Of a DNA stretch of 64,000 nt, positions 12,742-25,185 are shown one piece after another. This stretch comes from Oikopleura dioica (taxonomy: Eukaryota; Animalia; Chordata). The position numbers and the translations under genes are program-made. The first letter of the stretch is position 1, and every line of letters starts with the position of its first letter. The DNA is taken from the NCBI GenBank assembly GCA_907165135.1, contig OU015568.1:16069208-16133207 (forward strand), in the 5' to 3' direction. A model generated the notes under the pieces. That model was not told where the DNA came from. It searched no databases and worked only from the letters and a program-made list of their open reading frames with translations.

Positions 12742-13195
12742 TTAAGTATCGTATTTGCGACAGATTTCCTGAGACGTTTGAGAGTCTTCAGATGCTCTTC
12801 TGGGATTAGTTTTGTCGCTCTATAATTCCAGACTTAGAAACTCTTGCTCATTCGACTAATTCAAACCTGCTCATTTTCAGTAAAAACGGTTGTTTTTGAA
12901 AAATAAAAGTTCGAAAATTGCCAAATATCTCTTTTTATTTGCTTCTCGGCGCCAATCAAATCCGACACTTTTCAAGTTGGTGAAACTTTGATCGCAGCAA
13001 TCCTGACTCTTGAAATTCAAGTTGAATATGCATCTAGTTGACCATTCAGGCATGAAACAAATGGAAAACTTCTCAATACGGCTGCAATGGAAAGTTTTAT
13101 CGGAGAAATGAATTGGGGAAGAATATTTATTTACAGAAACAGATGAACTGGGTTCGGAACAGACAGGGCACAGACAGAATTTGAATCAGTTGATT

Positions 13196-15061
13196 TCACT
13201 TTTTCTTATCATTATCATTATTTGCATTTGAATCCTTTGGATCTTTTTTCGTCAGTTTTACTCCAGTGACAATCGTGGCATTTCCATTCTTTGTGACTGA
13301 AGGTTTGTGGGTGGGGATGTCCTCTGGTGGATTTTCGACTGTGTTCAAATTGACAACTTTGCTGTCTCGAGGGGGCACTTCTACTTGTTGCAGGAGCTTC
13401 TCGATTTCGAGCTTTTTCTGGTCGACGTTGAGGTTGAAGCTGGGCAAGGGAAGCATGAATTCTCGGCCACGGTGGTCTTTGATCAGAAGGTTTCCGAAGA
13501 AGAGTGCATTTGGCTGCGGGAGCATCGTTGAAGACGTAAACTAAAATTACTGTAGGTCTCAAGCTGGAAACTACAAAATACCTTGAAGATGGGATTTTCA
13601 GGCGTGAGCGTAATACTGCCAATATTTCTCTTTCTTCTGAGATTTGGAGAGCCAGGAATAAAGTCAGAGCCAACATTCAGCCCAGGTCCAGTCTCGATTT
13701 GTTGGTTAGTGTCGTCGCCTTGCCATGTGAAATTGTGGCGTTTTATTTTGTAGTAGACTCCTTCAAACTGGCTGAGGAGCTCGATACGCAGGTGGTATTT
13801 CCAGCAGAATTGGGGGACGATTTGAGCTAGGATCGACAAGTCCCACCCGACACCCGATCGAAAACCGACGTTTTTGTCGGGTTTTTGTTGGATTCTGCCG
13901 ACCCTACAAAAACCCGACGCTGAAATTCTGGCGAACCTACAAAATCGGGTTTTTCTAGGGTCATTTATCGGATTTTTGTAGGGTATTTTCGTCGGGTTTC
14001 TCCTTGGATCTACTCATCAGTTTGATTAAAGATAGTACCCGAAATTCTGTTAGCCAAAAATTCTGTCTAGTTTCGCCGATTTGGATTCATTTTACTTGAT
14101 TCAACTGTAGTGTTGTGAAAACCCGACAAGAACCCGACAAAGACCCGATAAAAACCCGAAAAACACCCTACAAAAACCCGAAAAATACCATACAAAAATC
14201 CGATAAAAACCCGACAAAAACCCGACGAAAACCCGACGAAAACCCGATCGGAAAAGTCAGACTTCAAGGAAATCCGACGAAAACCCGATCCGGATTTCGG
14301 GGGTATTTGTCGATCCTAGGATTTGAGTCTTTGAATTGTAAGCCTAAAATGGTTGATTAATAAAATCAAGGAAGAAAAAATAGCGTACCAAAAACACGGG
14401 TGAAATCGATACTTTGATCCCTTCAGGCCAGCATGTGCGTTCAAACGTACTCAAAGTCTCGTAATTAAAGTAATCGTTCTTCCATTTAAGTAAGTTGCCG
14501 GTTTCCTAAAGCCAATTGTTTTATAGATAAATTAATTTTTAAAGACCTTGGCTTCGCCGTCGAAATCGTAGATAAACTTTTTGTACCAATAGTTGTCGAA
14601 GTCGAAGGCGTCTTTGCTCCTCAATGGGAGTCCGTTTTGGTCGTATCCTTCAAAAGGGTTGTTGACGAATGGACGGATCTCGCGGGGGTCGACGATGTCG
14701 AAGCCATCAACGTTGCGAAGATTGAGCATCGCGTCTTTGAAGATATCCTGCACGAGATGGGTTTCGTGAGTTGGGATGTCGCGTTGGTCGACAAGCGCCA
14801 TGTATTTCACCTGGGAATAGAGAGATAAGGGAAAGGGGGAAGGCTCACCTCGTCGTTCAAAACGTAGTCTTGGGATTTCTCATCGTAGGTATAGCGCGAA
14901 TGGGGGATTTCAAAGAGCACTAGTCCGCGATAATTCAACTTGTCATGCAAGAAATGCTGCCCAACGCTGTAAGAGTTCGAAGCTTCAGTTTTCTTCCCGA
15001 GTTGAACGAATGTCGTCTGTTTCTTGAACGAGTTGAATCGCCGCCCAACTCGACAAAGCAT
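13196..15061 (-). CDS. POLDIP2: Polymerase delta-interacting protein 2 (YccV-like + ApaG domains)
   Basis: YSVGQHFLHDKLNYRGLVLF (cf. YETGQLFLHSIFGYRGVVLF), YMALVDQRDIP, GIKVSISPVFL, FCWKYHLRIE, FFGNLLIKDHRGREFMLPLPSFNL follow POLDIP2 in order; stop TGA 13196-13198. Confidence 0.85.
13827..14319. mobile_element. MITE with CTAG termini and 8-bp TSD, inserted in a POLDIP2 coding exon
   Basis: 13-bp TIR ctaggatcgacaa / ttgtcgatcctag; TSD gatttgag at 13819-13826 and 14320-14327; many subterminal aaacccga(c/t) repeats in opposite orientation in the two halves. Confidence 0.92.
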
Positions 15062-15108
15062 TCTGAAATGGCGAAAGAGGATAATTTTTAATAAAATGGA
15101 AGATTATT

Positions 15109-16483
15109 TTAATTTTTGGCAGCTATCTTTGCAGACGATTGAATCTTCTTTTCTTTTCGTTCTTTCTTGAGTCTTTCGAATTTCTCTCTCTGGAAGATTT
15201 TTCTGTTCTTTTCCTTCAGCGAGTTTTTGAACATTTTCTTGCTCTGGCCTTTTTCGATCATCTGTATCAGCGACTTCTCTTTGGACATTCTTGCTTGATC
15301 GTGTCGGCCCATCATTTTGTTCCGAAAGTCGACGGCGCTCTGGCAGCGAGAATCGATCTTGTCAACGAACCTGCTGGGCATCGCATGAATCCCACGATCA
15401 TCCGGAAACGCGGTCAACTTTTTCTTCGCCGGTCCTAAAGAAGAATTGAGTAGAATGCTCTCTCAAATTATTCTTACGTTTCTTAGATGCCCATTTTATC
15501 TTTCGCTTTCGAGTATTTTCCGATTTCTCAAGGGCTTCGAATATCGCCGGGTTGAGCTCTTCTGAAATGTGGATTCCTTCATCTTCTGGTGTCGATATTT
15601 CATCGTTGTCACTCTTCTGAAAGATAGAGTAAAACGGAATTGCTAGAAAATACTCACCGTGCAGCTGTCAGCGATATTTTCAGCTTCTTCGCCGTCAGAT
15701 TTGATGGCATCGTTCGTTTCGTCACTTTCTTGAGCTTCTTTGACATTTACTGGCGTGCCTTCCGTATTCTCCAAATCTTCTGCTTCAGTTTCTTTATCTT
15801 GAGCTTTCTGTGAATAACTGTTAGATAAAAGATTTAAAACCCTAACGAACCTTCTCTAATTCCTGATTCTCAGTCGAATCTATCTTCTTTTCTTCAGTAC
15901 TTTTCTTCTCAACATTCTCAACAGGAGATTCTGCTTCACCTGTTTCTTCAGAAACGTTTGGTTCTACCGCTTCTTCTTCAGTCACGTCAGGTTCTTGTTC
16001 CGAGTCGATAATAATCGCCGAAGGTTTAAGGTTGACTTTGATAATCGGACTGCTGGCATTGCTGCTTATCGTTTCGTCGGGTTTCTCTTTTTCTTCTGTC
16101 TCCTCGTCTTCCTCAACAATCGCTTCTGGGAGAGAAGGCAGTTTCTGCGCCTCCTGCTCTTGATCGTTTTCGACACTTTGGTTAGACAGCCGTCTCGATC
16201 GCCGAACACTTGGGGTCGATGTCATTGTCTCAGGAAGTGTTTCTTCTGGCTCTTCTTGAACCGATTCCAGATTCTTCAACAGCTTTCGTCGGACTGGCTT
16301 GCTCTCGGCGTCGGATGCTTCGCCGTCTGAACTTTGTCCGGAAATGCGCCTCGATCTTCGTGGAGTCATCACTGCTGGTGTGTCGTTTCTTTTCGTTGGC
16401 GTCGCTGCTTTCTGCGGCGTTTCAGAAATAGTTTTGTTTGCTTCAAAGTCGTACAAGGAAGAGTCCAGCCCTGACTCGCTCAT
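15109..16483 (-). CDS. Acidic low-complexity protein with basic C-terminal domain (possibly nucleolar), multi-exon
   Basis: Long Glu/Ser-rich ORF 15842-16483 with RRSRR motifs, GT-AG introns, and a Lys-rich last exon 15109-about 15435. Family not recognised with confidence. Confidence 0.7.
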
Positions 16484-16920
16484 CGTCGTTTCTAGCAACT
16501 AAAAATGGAAATAAAAGGGGTATTTTTCGAGCTCAAAATGTACCTGCTTGAGATGTGCCTTTCTCATCTTGGATTCAAACTGAACCCCTCTCGATTTCAA
16601 TTCATCTTTGAGATCTACAACTCTCAAGTCGTCGATTCCCTTCACCATCTTGCGGAAAATTTTCTTAAGAAAAACGAGTTGAAACTAATTATTTGTGGAA
16701 ATTTTGATGGTCACATGAGAAATTGAAAAAGCTAAAGTTGTGAGGTGGCAGTTTGAAAAAGTTGGGAGGTGAGTAAAAATATACAACAACGAAAAAAATA
16801 CTCTGCAATATTTCCAGCAAAAAGATTCTGAATCATCAGTTTTCTACTGGCTCACTTTTGATCATTGCGAGCTGGGTTGAAGAATCCACTGAACAAGATG
16901 GATGAAAACAAATCGAATAG

Positions 16921-17616
16921 CTAATCCTTACGGAGTGCTTCTTCAAATGCATCTTGCTCGTAGGGAACGTAGATGCCACTTTTCATGCCCGAAGATTTCA
17001 CCACGCTCTTGTATCGTCTTTTTGCATCCTTGTTCTTTTGGCACGAGATGATGTGGCTCTTCAAAAGTCCTTCCGAAGCTCTTTCACTTTTCTTCACCTA
17101 AAAAGAGTTCAAATTTTCATTTTCTTTGGTACCCCGGCCTGGCAAACTGTGTAGAAAACCTGCGTCAGGGTTTCTACACAAGTTACCGGGCCCAGCTTTA
17201 GCACAAACCTCAATATGGTAAGTACACCAAGGATTTGGACAGAGAAGTTGCTTAGGTGGTCGTCCATTATCTTCGTATACCGGAGCAGATTTTCGACGAA
17301 CAGGAGTTTTCCGTCGAGCGGAAGTATTTGAAAGTCCTGACTGATAGTTCGAGGAGCCAGAGGAATCTCCAGATGATGCTCTTGAATGAGGCCGTGAGGA
17401 TGGCCCTTCTTCGTACGAATCTTCTTGTGTGACATTTGAAAATCGGTTTTCCAGGGGAATTCGCCAGAGAGTACCGCAGCTTTCGCATTCCACATCTCCT
17501 GAGAAAGAAAAAAATGAATAAAAAAGACAATTTATTTCGTCATTTTTTTAAATAAACTTACGTCCAAATGAGTCCAAATAATGCTTCAAAATGAAGCAAA
17601 CTCCACAGTTCGACAT
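16921..17616 (-). CDS. Small Cys-rich, putative zinc-binding protein
   Basis: MSNCGVCF... spliced to DVECESCGTLW (CxxC pairs); later CPNPWC...H..SC; 3' end uncertain. Confidence 0.5.
17141..17187. mobile_element. TIR-only hairpin remnant of the CTGGG MITE family, intronic
   Basis: ggcaaactgtgtagaaaacctg-cgt-cagggtttctacacaagttacc: the two family TIRs fused with almost no internal sequence. Confidence 0.7.
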
Positions 17617-17927
17617 TTTCGCTTACTTTTCTCTCAATAAAAAATGCGTTTCTCTAATTCGCCGAAAAAAGAAGAATAAAAGTCGAAAAGTTTCGTTCAA
17701 GACGTCTTTCTCGTGACGTCACGGTTGGATAATGACTCAAACCGCGGACGAGAGAGTTCGATTTTTTCCTCCGAGAAGAATTAAAAAAAGAGTTCAAAAT
17801 AGCTTTTGCAGAGAAATGAAATGAAAAAATGGCCAATGAAGAAGATCAGCTGACTTTATTTTTCTCTGCCTATCAGACTAATTTATTTTTGTCTTAGAAT
17901 AATCAACTGTATTCGAAATATTTTAGA

Positions 17928-19485
17928 ATGAGTCTTGAAGAGCTGTATTCGCTGTACGAGAAGAATGTGAACGAACCGAATCGAAAGAAGACCCTCACTG
18001 CCATCTCAAACCATCCGAACGCCAACCTCCTTGCTGAGCTCATTTTCAAACGAATGGATAGAACCGATTATGTGTCCGCGAAGAATCAGCTTCTTCCGAT
18101 CGAGAATGACGAACATGGCCCGTTCGATAATTTGCTTGGGGAACATCAATGCGACTGGATCCTAGAATTAATGGCTCGGGAAGATTATGTGATCAACTTG
18201 ATAAAAGAAGAATTTCAGGTCAAATACGATCGTGAGCCCAGTTCATTGAGCGACATCGTCAAGATTGCTTGCCAGCGAGAAATGATGGTGAAATCCCCTG
18301 TTCCGAAAGCAGTTTTCGAAACAAAAGATTGCCATTGTGACATAGGGAGTAGCTGGATTGTGACTTATCGAAGAATTAATGGTGTGGACGAGCAACAGAG
18401 AGTTGGGACCTTCCCATACATATACAAGATTTTGCGCGCACCTGAAATTCGTCTGGAGAGGCTACGTCTTCCAATCGGTTACCCGAGAAACGTCCATTGC
18501 CTTCTCTTCGAGCCGTTCCTCATCATTTTTGACAGAAAGAAAAGGATTGATGTTTTCAATCTACTTAAACCGAACGAGCAACCAAAAAGCATCACTGGAG
18601 AAGGCGAATTAATAGAACCAAAAGGGTATTACAAAGCTGATCTTCGTCGTAATGGGAAGATTCTGGACAATGTCATCTTCCCGATCGTGCGAAGAGAAGA
18701 TGGAAGAACCATTTGTGTCGACTTTGCGCTCATCTCAAGATCATCTGTAGACGTTATTTTGCACGAAACGATCAAACTGCCTGAAAAGACTGGATACGCT
18801 GAGCAGCCTGAGCTGAAAATTTTAGACCGGGACAATTTTCTTCTTCGTATCGATCTCAGAGACGATGAAGACATGGATGGACTTCGTGGATGCGTTGCTT
18901 TTCTCATTATAACATCCAAGAAGAAGATAATAAGCTACTCTCTCCCCTATCTTTCAGGATTTCCTGAATTTGCAATGATCGATGGGCGTCTTGGAATGAT
19001 CGTTTGGTCGTCACCATTCGACGACTATAATGAGGACAACACTCTTATAAATTTTGCGGCCTTTGCATTCTTGTCGGAGAACAGTGGACTCGAAGTTATT
19101 TGCTTTTTCAAATATCATTACGGCAGAATTTCAATACGACAAGATAGGATTATGCAACTCAACGTTGGGGAGAGTAAAGATACGATAGTTTTTGTTGAGC
19201 CCCTCATCAATCACTTGGAGAAGACGGGTCAAGCGAGGCCTTCTCTGACTAAAGCAGTAAATGGTCACCAAGTTACAAGGCCCATTGTTGAGATAGGTAA
19301 TAATCATCACCACCAGGTTCTTATTTATATTTATGAAATTTTTAGAAAGTCTGCTTTATGAGAAACTTGCAGCAGAGACGGTGACAACAGCATGTCGTAG
19401 CATCACCTCGTCATGTATTGGTCGCGCTGTTCTTAAATCATGGGATATGACGAGCGACCAGATGGAGATCCAAATTTACGTCTAA
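17928..19485 (+). CDS. Orphan protein with possible N-terminal F-box-like motif and beta-rich C-terminal region
   Basis: 477-codon ORF with an AG acceptor 1 nt before ATG; LLAELIFKRMDRTDYVSAK resembles an F-box helix pattern; probable short last exon to TAA 19483-19485. Confidence 0.7.
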
Positions 19486-19689
19486 GAAAATAGTTCTGGA
19501 AAGCTTACTCTTTTTCACCATAGAAATAATGACCCCTTTTTATCGTTCCCTGCTCACGTCGAACACCTGCTATTTTTCACTTCCAATTATTCACAATTTT
19601 GCCTCTCTTTTATCTGCCGTCGTCTATCAGTTTCGACTGCCACAAATAAAAACTAAAAGAAAAAAATGCTTCTCATAAGTTCTACAAGA

Positions 19690-22600
19690 ATGGAGCATGG
19701 CGGAGATATTTATTTGTTAATTCACGAGTGACAAATTTACACTGTATGGAACCATTTTAGAATGGAATCGAGCGAGATAGTCAGCTAGTTCTCAAAAAAG
19801 ATCTTCGAGATGAAGAATTCAATCCGTAGAATTCACCTACTCGTTCGAAAGAATTTTGTCGTACTGTTAAAGCGGCCCAAGACTGTTTGTTTCCAATTCC
19901 TCGTTCCAGGTATACCGAGAAAAGCGCATTATAGTGAACGTTTCAACTTATTCTAGCCCTCCTTGCATCTCTCCTGCAAATCGGTCGTTACAATGTCGAG
20001 CGCGATCTTACCTTCATCAACAAAACTACAGTCTGGCCTTCCTTCCCTCTTGAGCCTATGTACGCAAACTATCTCAAGAAGAACGAGATGCAGAAATTTT
20101 TCATTCCTTATACTGCCCAAAAGAATTCGTCTCAGATTTCATTCATTACGAATAAGCTGGCCGAGATGCTGAATCGTGCACTACCGGAAAAATCATTTTT
20201 TGGATTGTTTGGAAAAACAACGAATCCGTTTAAATTCGAGCCAGTTTTCTTTGAAAGCGAAAAGGATCTAACGCACTTCACGACAAACGAAGTCCAAGAC
20301 GAGCAAGAAGTATTTCTTGCGATAAATTTCCACGAAGTTTCGGCGAAGATGCTCAATTACACTATTCGGCCGCTCGCATCACCCCGCGCCGAACTGAATG
20401 GTGAAAAAGTGCACGGGCAGATTGGATGGATGACAAACCTGCTCTATCCTTATCGATCAGATATTAAACGAAAGCCAATGCTGAATTCTATCAAAGATCC
20501 GAAATTTGGAAATCGACCGAATTACTTCAAAGAAGGGATAGTTTCAACGCAGCATTTTATCGACCTCTTGTGGATGGAAACTTTCAACACGAATTTCACC
20601 GCTTCTGATGTTTCTCTTACTCTCCAGCGATTTCCCTACCCGCCGTTTGTGAAAGACGATTTCATTATCGCGATCGAGCAGAATCTCCCGTTCGTTCTTC
20701 TTCTTTCATTTTCCTATCTGACCCAGCAAATTGGAAAGCAAATCGCGATAGACAAAGAAACAAGGATCAAGGAATACATGTTGATGATCGGACTGGATCG
20801 CTCCCTCCTCTGGATGTCCTACTTCGTCTTCTTCTTTTTGCAATTCATCGTTATTTGTTTTCTCGTGACAATGGCTATCTGTACTCCCTTGAGTCAAAAC
20901 GGAGCGATCATCAACTATTCCTCCTTTTCCGTCATCTTTGCCTTCCTACTTCTCTACTGCGTCAGCCTCATCGGCGTTGGCTCTCTCGTTTCGACCATTT
21001 TCGACTCTTCAAGCTCCACCTCCGCCGCATGTGGAATCGTTATCATGCTTTTCTACATTCCGTTCGGCTTTATTCAGAACAATATCGATGGAATATCTCA
21101 ATTTGTCAAACTTTCCCTTACCATTTCTCCTCCTGTTGCGATGGCGCTCGGCTGCTCGGTTATTTCGGCCTGGGAGTCCTCTGCCTCTGGCGTTCACTGG
21201 AACAATATTTTCCATCCAGTGTCGATCGCTGATTCGATGACTCTTGGTCATATCTTTGCCGCGATGATCCTCGATACAATTATTCTCCTCCTTATAGCCT
21301 TTTATGTCGACCAAGTTCGCCCTGGAACTTGGGGAATCTCCAGACCCTGGTACTTTCCTTTTCAATTCTTGATCAAATCTACTTCTCCTGTCGGCAAACG
21401 CGAGAAACAAGTTGAAAATGCATTTGTTGAGCCACTGCCGAAATCAGCGGAGATTGGATTTATGCTATCTAATGTCAACAAAATCTTTCCTTCAAAAAGA
21501 ACTGGTCGTCGAATGGCTCTCAATAACATGAACTTCATCGCACCAAGCAATCAAATAACTGTTTTGCTCGGGAAAAATGGAGCTGGAAAGTCGACGACGA
21601 TGAATTTACTTTCAGGCATGCTTGAGCCGACATCTGGAACTTGTCGTGTTGGAGAATATGACATCGTTACCCAGACTCAACAAGCGAGAAAGTTCCTTGG
21701 CCTCTGTCCGCAGTTCAATATCTTGATCAAGGAATTGACCGTTCGGCAGCATCTCGAACTCTTTGGTCAGATAAAAGGAGCTTCGTTAGAGGAACTGAAG
21801 AAAGAAATAGAAACTTTGATCGACGAAATTCAGTTGCGAGAAAAGATAGACACGCGTGCTGGAAATCTCTCAGGCGGGATGCAGAGAAAGCTTTCGTTGG
21901 GAATCGCGATTGTTGGAGGATCAAAGTACATCATCTTGGATGAGCCAAGTTCAGGCGTTGATGTTCGGGCTAGGTCGGAGCTTTGGGACATCATGAGCAA
22001 GTATGGACGTGATAGAACTCTCTTGGTTTCGACTCATTACATGGACGAAGCAGAGGCTATTGGTCATCGAATCGTCATGATCAATGAAGGAGAGCTGACC
22101 TGCGATGGCACTATATCCTTTATAAAAGATAAATTCAACGAAGGATACTATCTGAATGTGTCTCTTGCTACAGCTGATTCAAAAATCGACGATTACTTAC
22201 TTGGCAAAGGAATAAATCGGCTGCATTCAAATGATCAATCACTTGAGCGACAATATCGCATCCCTCATCAGTTTCCGAGCATGTCAGGCTTCCTTGAAGA
22301 ATTTGAGGGACAAGCATCTGCGCTGAAAATGGAATCTTTTGGACTTTCTATCATGACAATGGAAGAAATATTCCTTCAACTGTCGAAGGAGAAAAATGAC
22401 GATCAAGTAATCAACATAAGCTTAGATGAAAAAGAAGCATCAGACGAGTGGGATGACTGGCAAAAACCAATAAAGCTGGAAACAGGAAGAACTCTTCTCA
22501 AAGGCCAATTCTTGGGCGCGTTTCATAAGTGCAGACTTTACGCACTAAGAAATCGAAAAATTATTCTTATGCAGCTCCTGACACCAGCTGTTTTGCTTCT

Positions 22601-25114
22601 GCTTTCGCTAATACAGATTCAAGTTATCCCGGAGATCGGAGGCTCTCCGAACCTTGATTTGAGCATGAATCAATATGCTGAGAATGGACAGAGTCTCTCA
22701 ACCCCTGTTCACAATCTGGAAGCTAAATATTTCAACCTTCTTCGGCCGAGTGAAGTTGTACTTGTTGGTAACCTGACAGAATGGATTCCAAATGAGTTGA
22801 CGAAGATGAGAATCGAATTCAACAACAAATATATTTTCGGCTTGGAGAAAGATCAAAGCAGCTACAACGCCTTCTTCAACGCTCAAGCTTACCATGCCGC
22901 TGGAACTGCTGTTCTTTACTCCGATAGAATTGTTGCTAGCGAAGTTCTCCCTGGGTCAACGATTGTGACGAGCAATTTTCCTCTTCCGAAGCATTCATCT
23001 TCACCTGCGGAAAAGAAGCGGATAAATGTCTCGATGCAGGGAGCCATCATCGTGTTCAATACAACTTTTGGAATCATGATCATGTTTGCAGCTTTTGCCA
23101 TGTTGCCAGTAAAAGAGCGAAAAGTTGGAGTCGCGACTTTACAACGAACGTCTGGAGCTTCGATTTCCACACTTTGGTTTGCTCAGTATTGCTGGGACAT
23201 CCTCAACACTTTGCCGAGTTTCGTGCTGCTTTATTTCATGTTCCTTTCGATGAAGAGCTTGAAGGGTATTCAGTTACTGCTCGATTACTCTTCTGGGCTG
23301 TTCTCTTTGTCATCGATGTTCATACTTGTTCAACTGCCAGTAGTTTACTGCCTCAGGTGAGCGAATCTCTTATACCATTTGGTTAATCAAACCTTTCTTT
23401 TTAGCTTCTTGTTTACAGAACCAGCCTCAGCGTTATCCTACATTTCATCAATCAATTTAGTCCTATCAATGGCACCTTTTATCACAACGAGTAAGCTTCG
23501 TCATATTTATCCATCTTAAAAATTTTTAGTTATCCTCCGAGTTCCCGCTTTCGGACTCATGGACACCTCCTGGCTTCTCAACAAAATCTTCCTTATTCTA
23601 CCTCAGTACAACTTCGCGCAAGGTGTCTTCGATTTGTACTACAATGCGAACGTATTGAACTTTTGCACCAAGAATCGAAAGAATGAGCTTCTCTGCGAAA
23701 CAACCGGAATCAAATTTCAAAGGTTTGCGAGTAGAATAAGGGCGTTTTCTAATCTCATTTTCAGGAACATTTGGTCATTGAATGAAATTGGCATCGGAAG
23801 ATACCTCCTCGCCATGTTTATCCAGTTGATTCTTGCGTTTGCGATTCTCTTCCTGATCGAATACTTGCGAGCAAATCACCTTTTAGAAATATGCACCAAT
23901 TTTTTCAAATCACGTCGACGTTCCTCTCCTAAAGTTCCAAGGAATAATGAAAATCCTCTTTTGCCTATCCACTCGAAGAAACACCCCTTACTGTTACAAA
24001 CTTGCACAAAACTTACAAAGACTTCACGGCAGTAAATGACATCTCCTTCGATGTTCAACTCGGCGAATGCGTCGCACTTCTGGGCCCAAACGGCGCTGGA
24101 AAGACGACAACATTCAAGATGATAACTGGCGAGATTCCTATAACAGGAGGAACTGCAGCTATTTCTGGCTTTGACGTCGGGAAGAATAGACTAGGTTTGA
24201 ATAGAGCTTCATCAAGAATTCACGAATTTTTCAGACGCTCTTCGAAAATTTGGGTACTGTCCTCAATTTGATGCTCTTCTTGATGTTCTTACCGGCCGTG
24301 AGCACCTTACTCTGTACTCACGTCTTCGAGGAATCCCCGAAGAAAAGATTGAAGAAGCCTCGAAAGTCTTACTTCGTCTCCTTGGAATTGAAAAGTACGC
24401 TGACCAAAAAGTACTTGGCTACTCGGGCGGGACGAAGAGAAAACTCTCGGTCGGCATCGCAATGATCGGTGGGCCACCTTTGCTTATCCTCGACGAGCCA
24501 AGCTGTGGACTTGATCCTAGTGCTCGGCACAAACTATGGACTGTAATCAAACGAGCGCGAAATGCGAACATCGCCATCTTATTGACCTCCCACTCGATGG
24601 AAGAATGTGCCGCCCTTTGCAATCGTTTAGGAACCGTTCTTTATCTTCCTAGTTAAAGTTCTGAAAAAATAGATTTTGAACGGCAATAGCAATAATTGTG
24701 TCAGGAAATCTGAAAGCGATTGGAACACAACAAAAACTAAAATCAGAATTTTCAAATTCCTCCGAAGTGATGCTCCAATTTGATATCGAAAAATACAACG
24801 TCTACGAAACGAAGATATTTCTACGAAAAGCATTCAAGTCTATTTGTGACATCGAATTGGTCCCACATGGAATGGTTAGTTTCAAGTCCGGCTCTAGAAT
24901 TGTTATTGTTCGATATTGATAACATCCCGCCGTGTCCCCGTTTTTGATCATCTTTCTTTAGAATACGATTCGTTGTAGCTGCCCAAAGAGCGTTAAAATG
25001 TCCTCCTTGTTTTCAGTCTTAGAAAAACTCAAATCAGAAGAAAAAATCACTGGTTTTACTGTCAATCAAGCCACACTTGAGCAGATTTTTATGCAGCTAA
25101 CGCGAACCGCATGA
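19690..25114 (+). CDS. Full-length ABC transporter, subfamily A (ABCA3-like); start approximate
   Basis: Two TMD-NBD halves. NBD1: GKNGAGKST, LSGGMQRKLS, ILDEPSSGVD, STHYMDEAE. NBD2: GPNGAGKTT, YSGGTKRKLS, ILDEPSCGLD, TSHSMEEC. C-terminal ATLEQIFMQL, stop TGA 25112-25114. Confidence 0.95.
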
Positions 25115-25185
25115 TTTAGTAGCACATTTTTACCTTTTACATGTTCTTTATTTCTCATTTAAACTACCATTTATTACAGAAAACA

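Noticed and set aside
14067-14360. ORFs 14067-14267 and 14115-14360 as genes
   Set aside because: They are translations of the aaacccga repeats inside the MITE.
1368-24622. Numerous antisense or alternate-frame ORFs overlapping PKD2, POLDIP2, the acidic gene and ABCA
   Set aside because: Shadows of real coding exons, with no independent signals.
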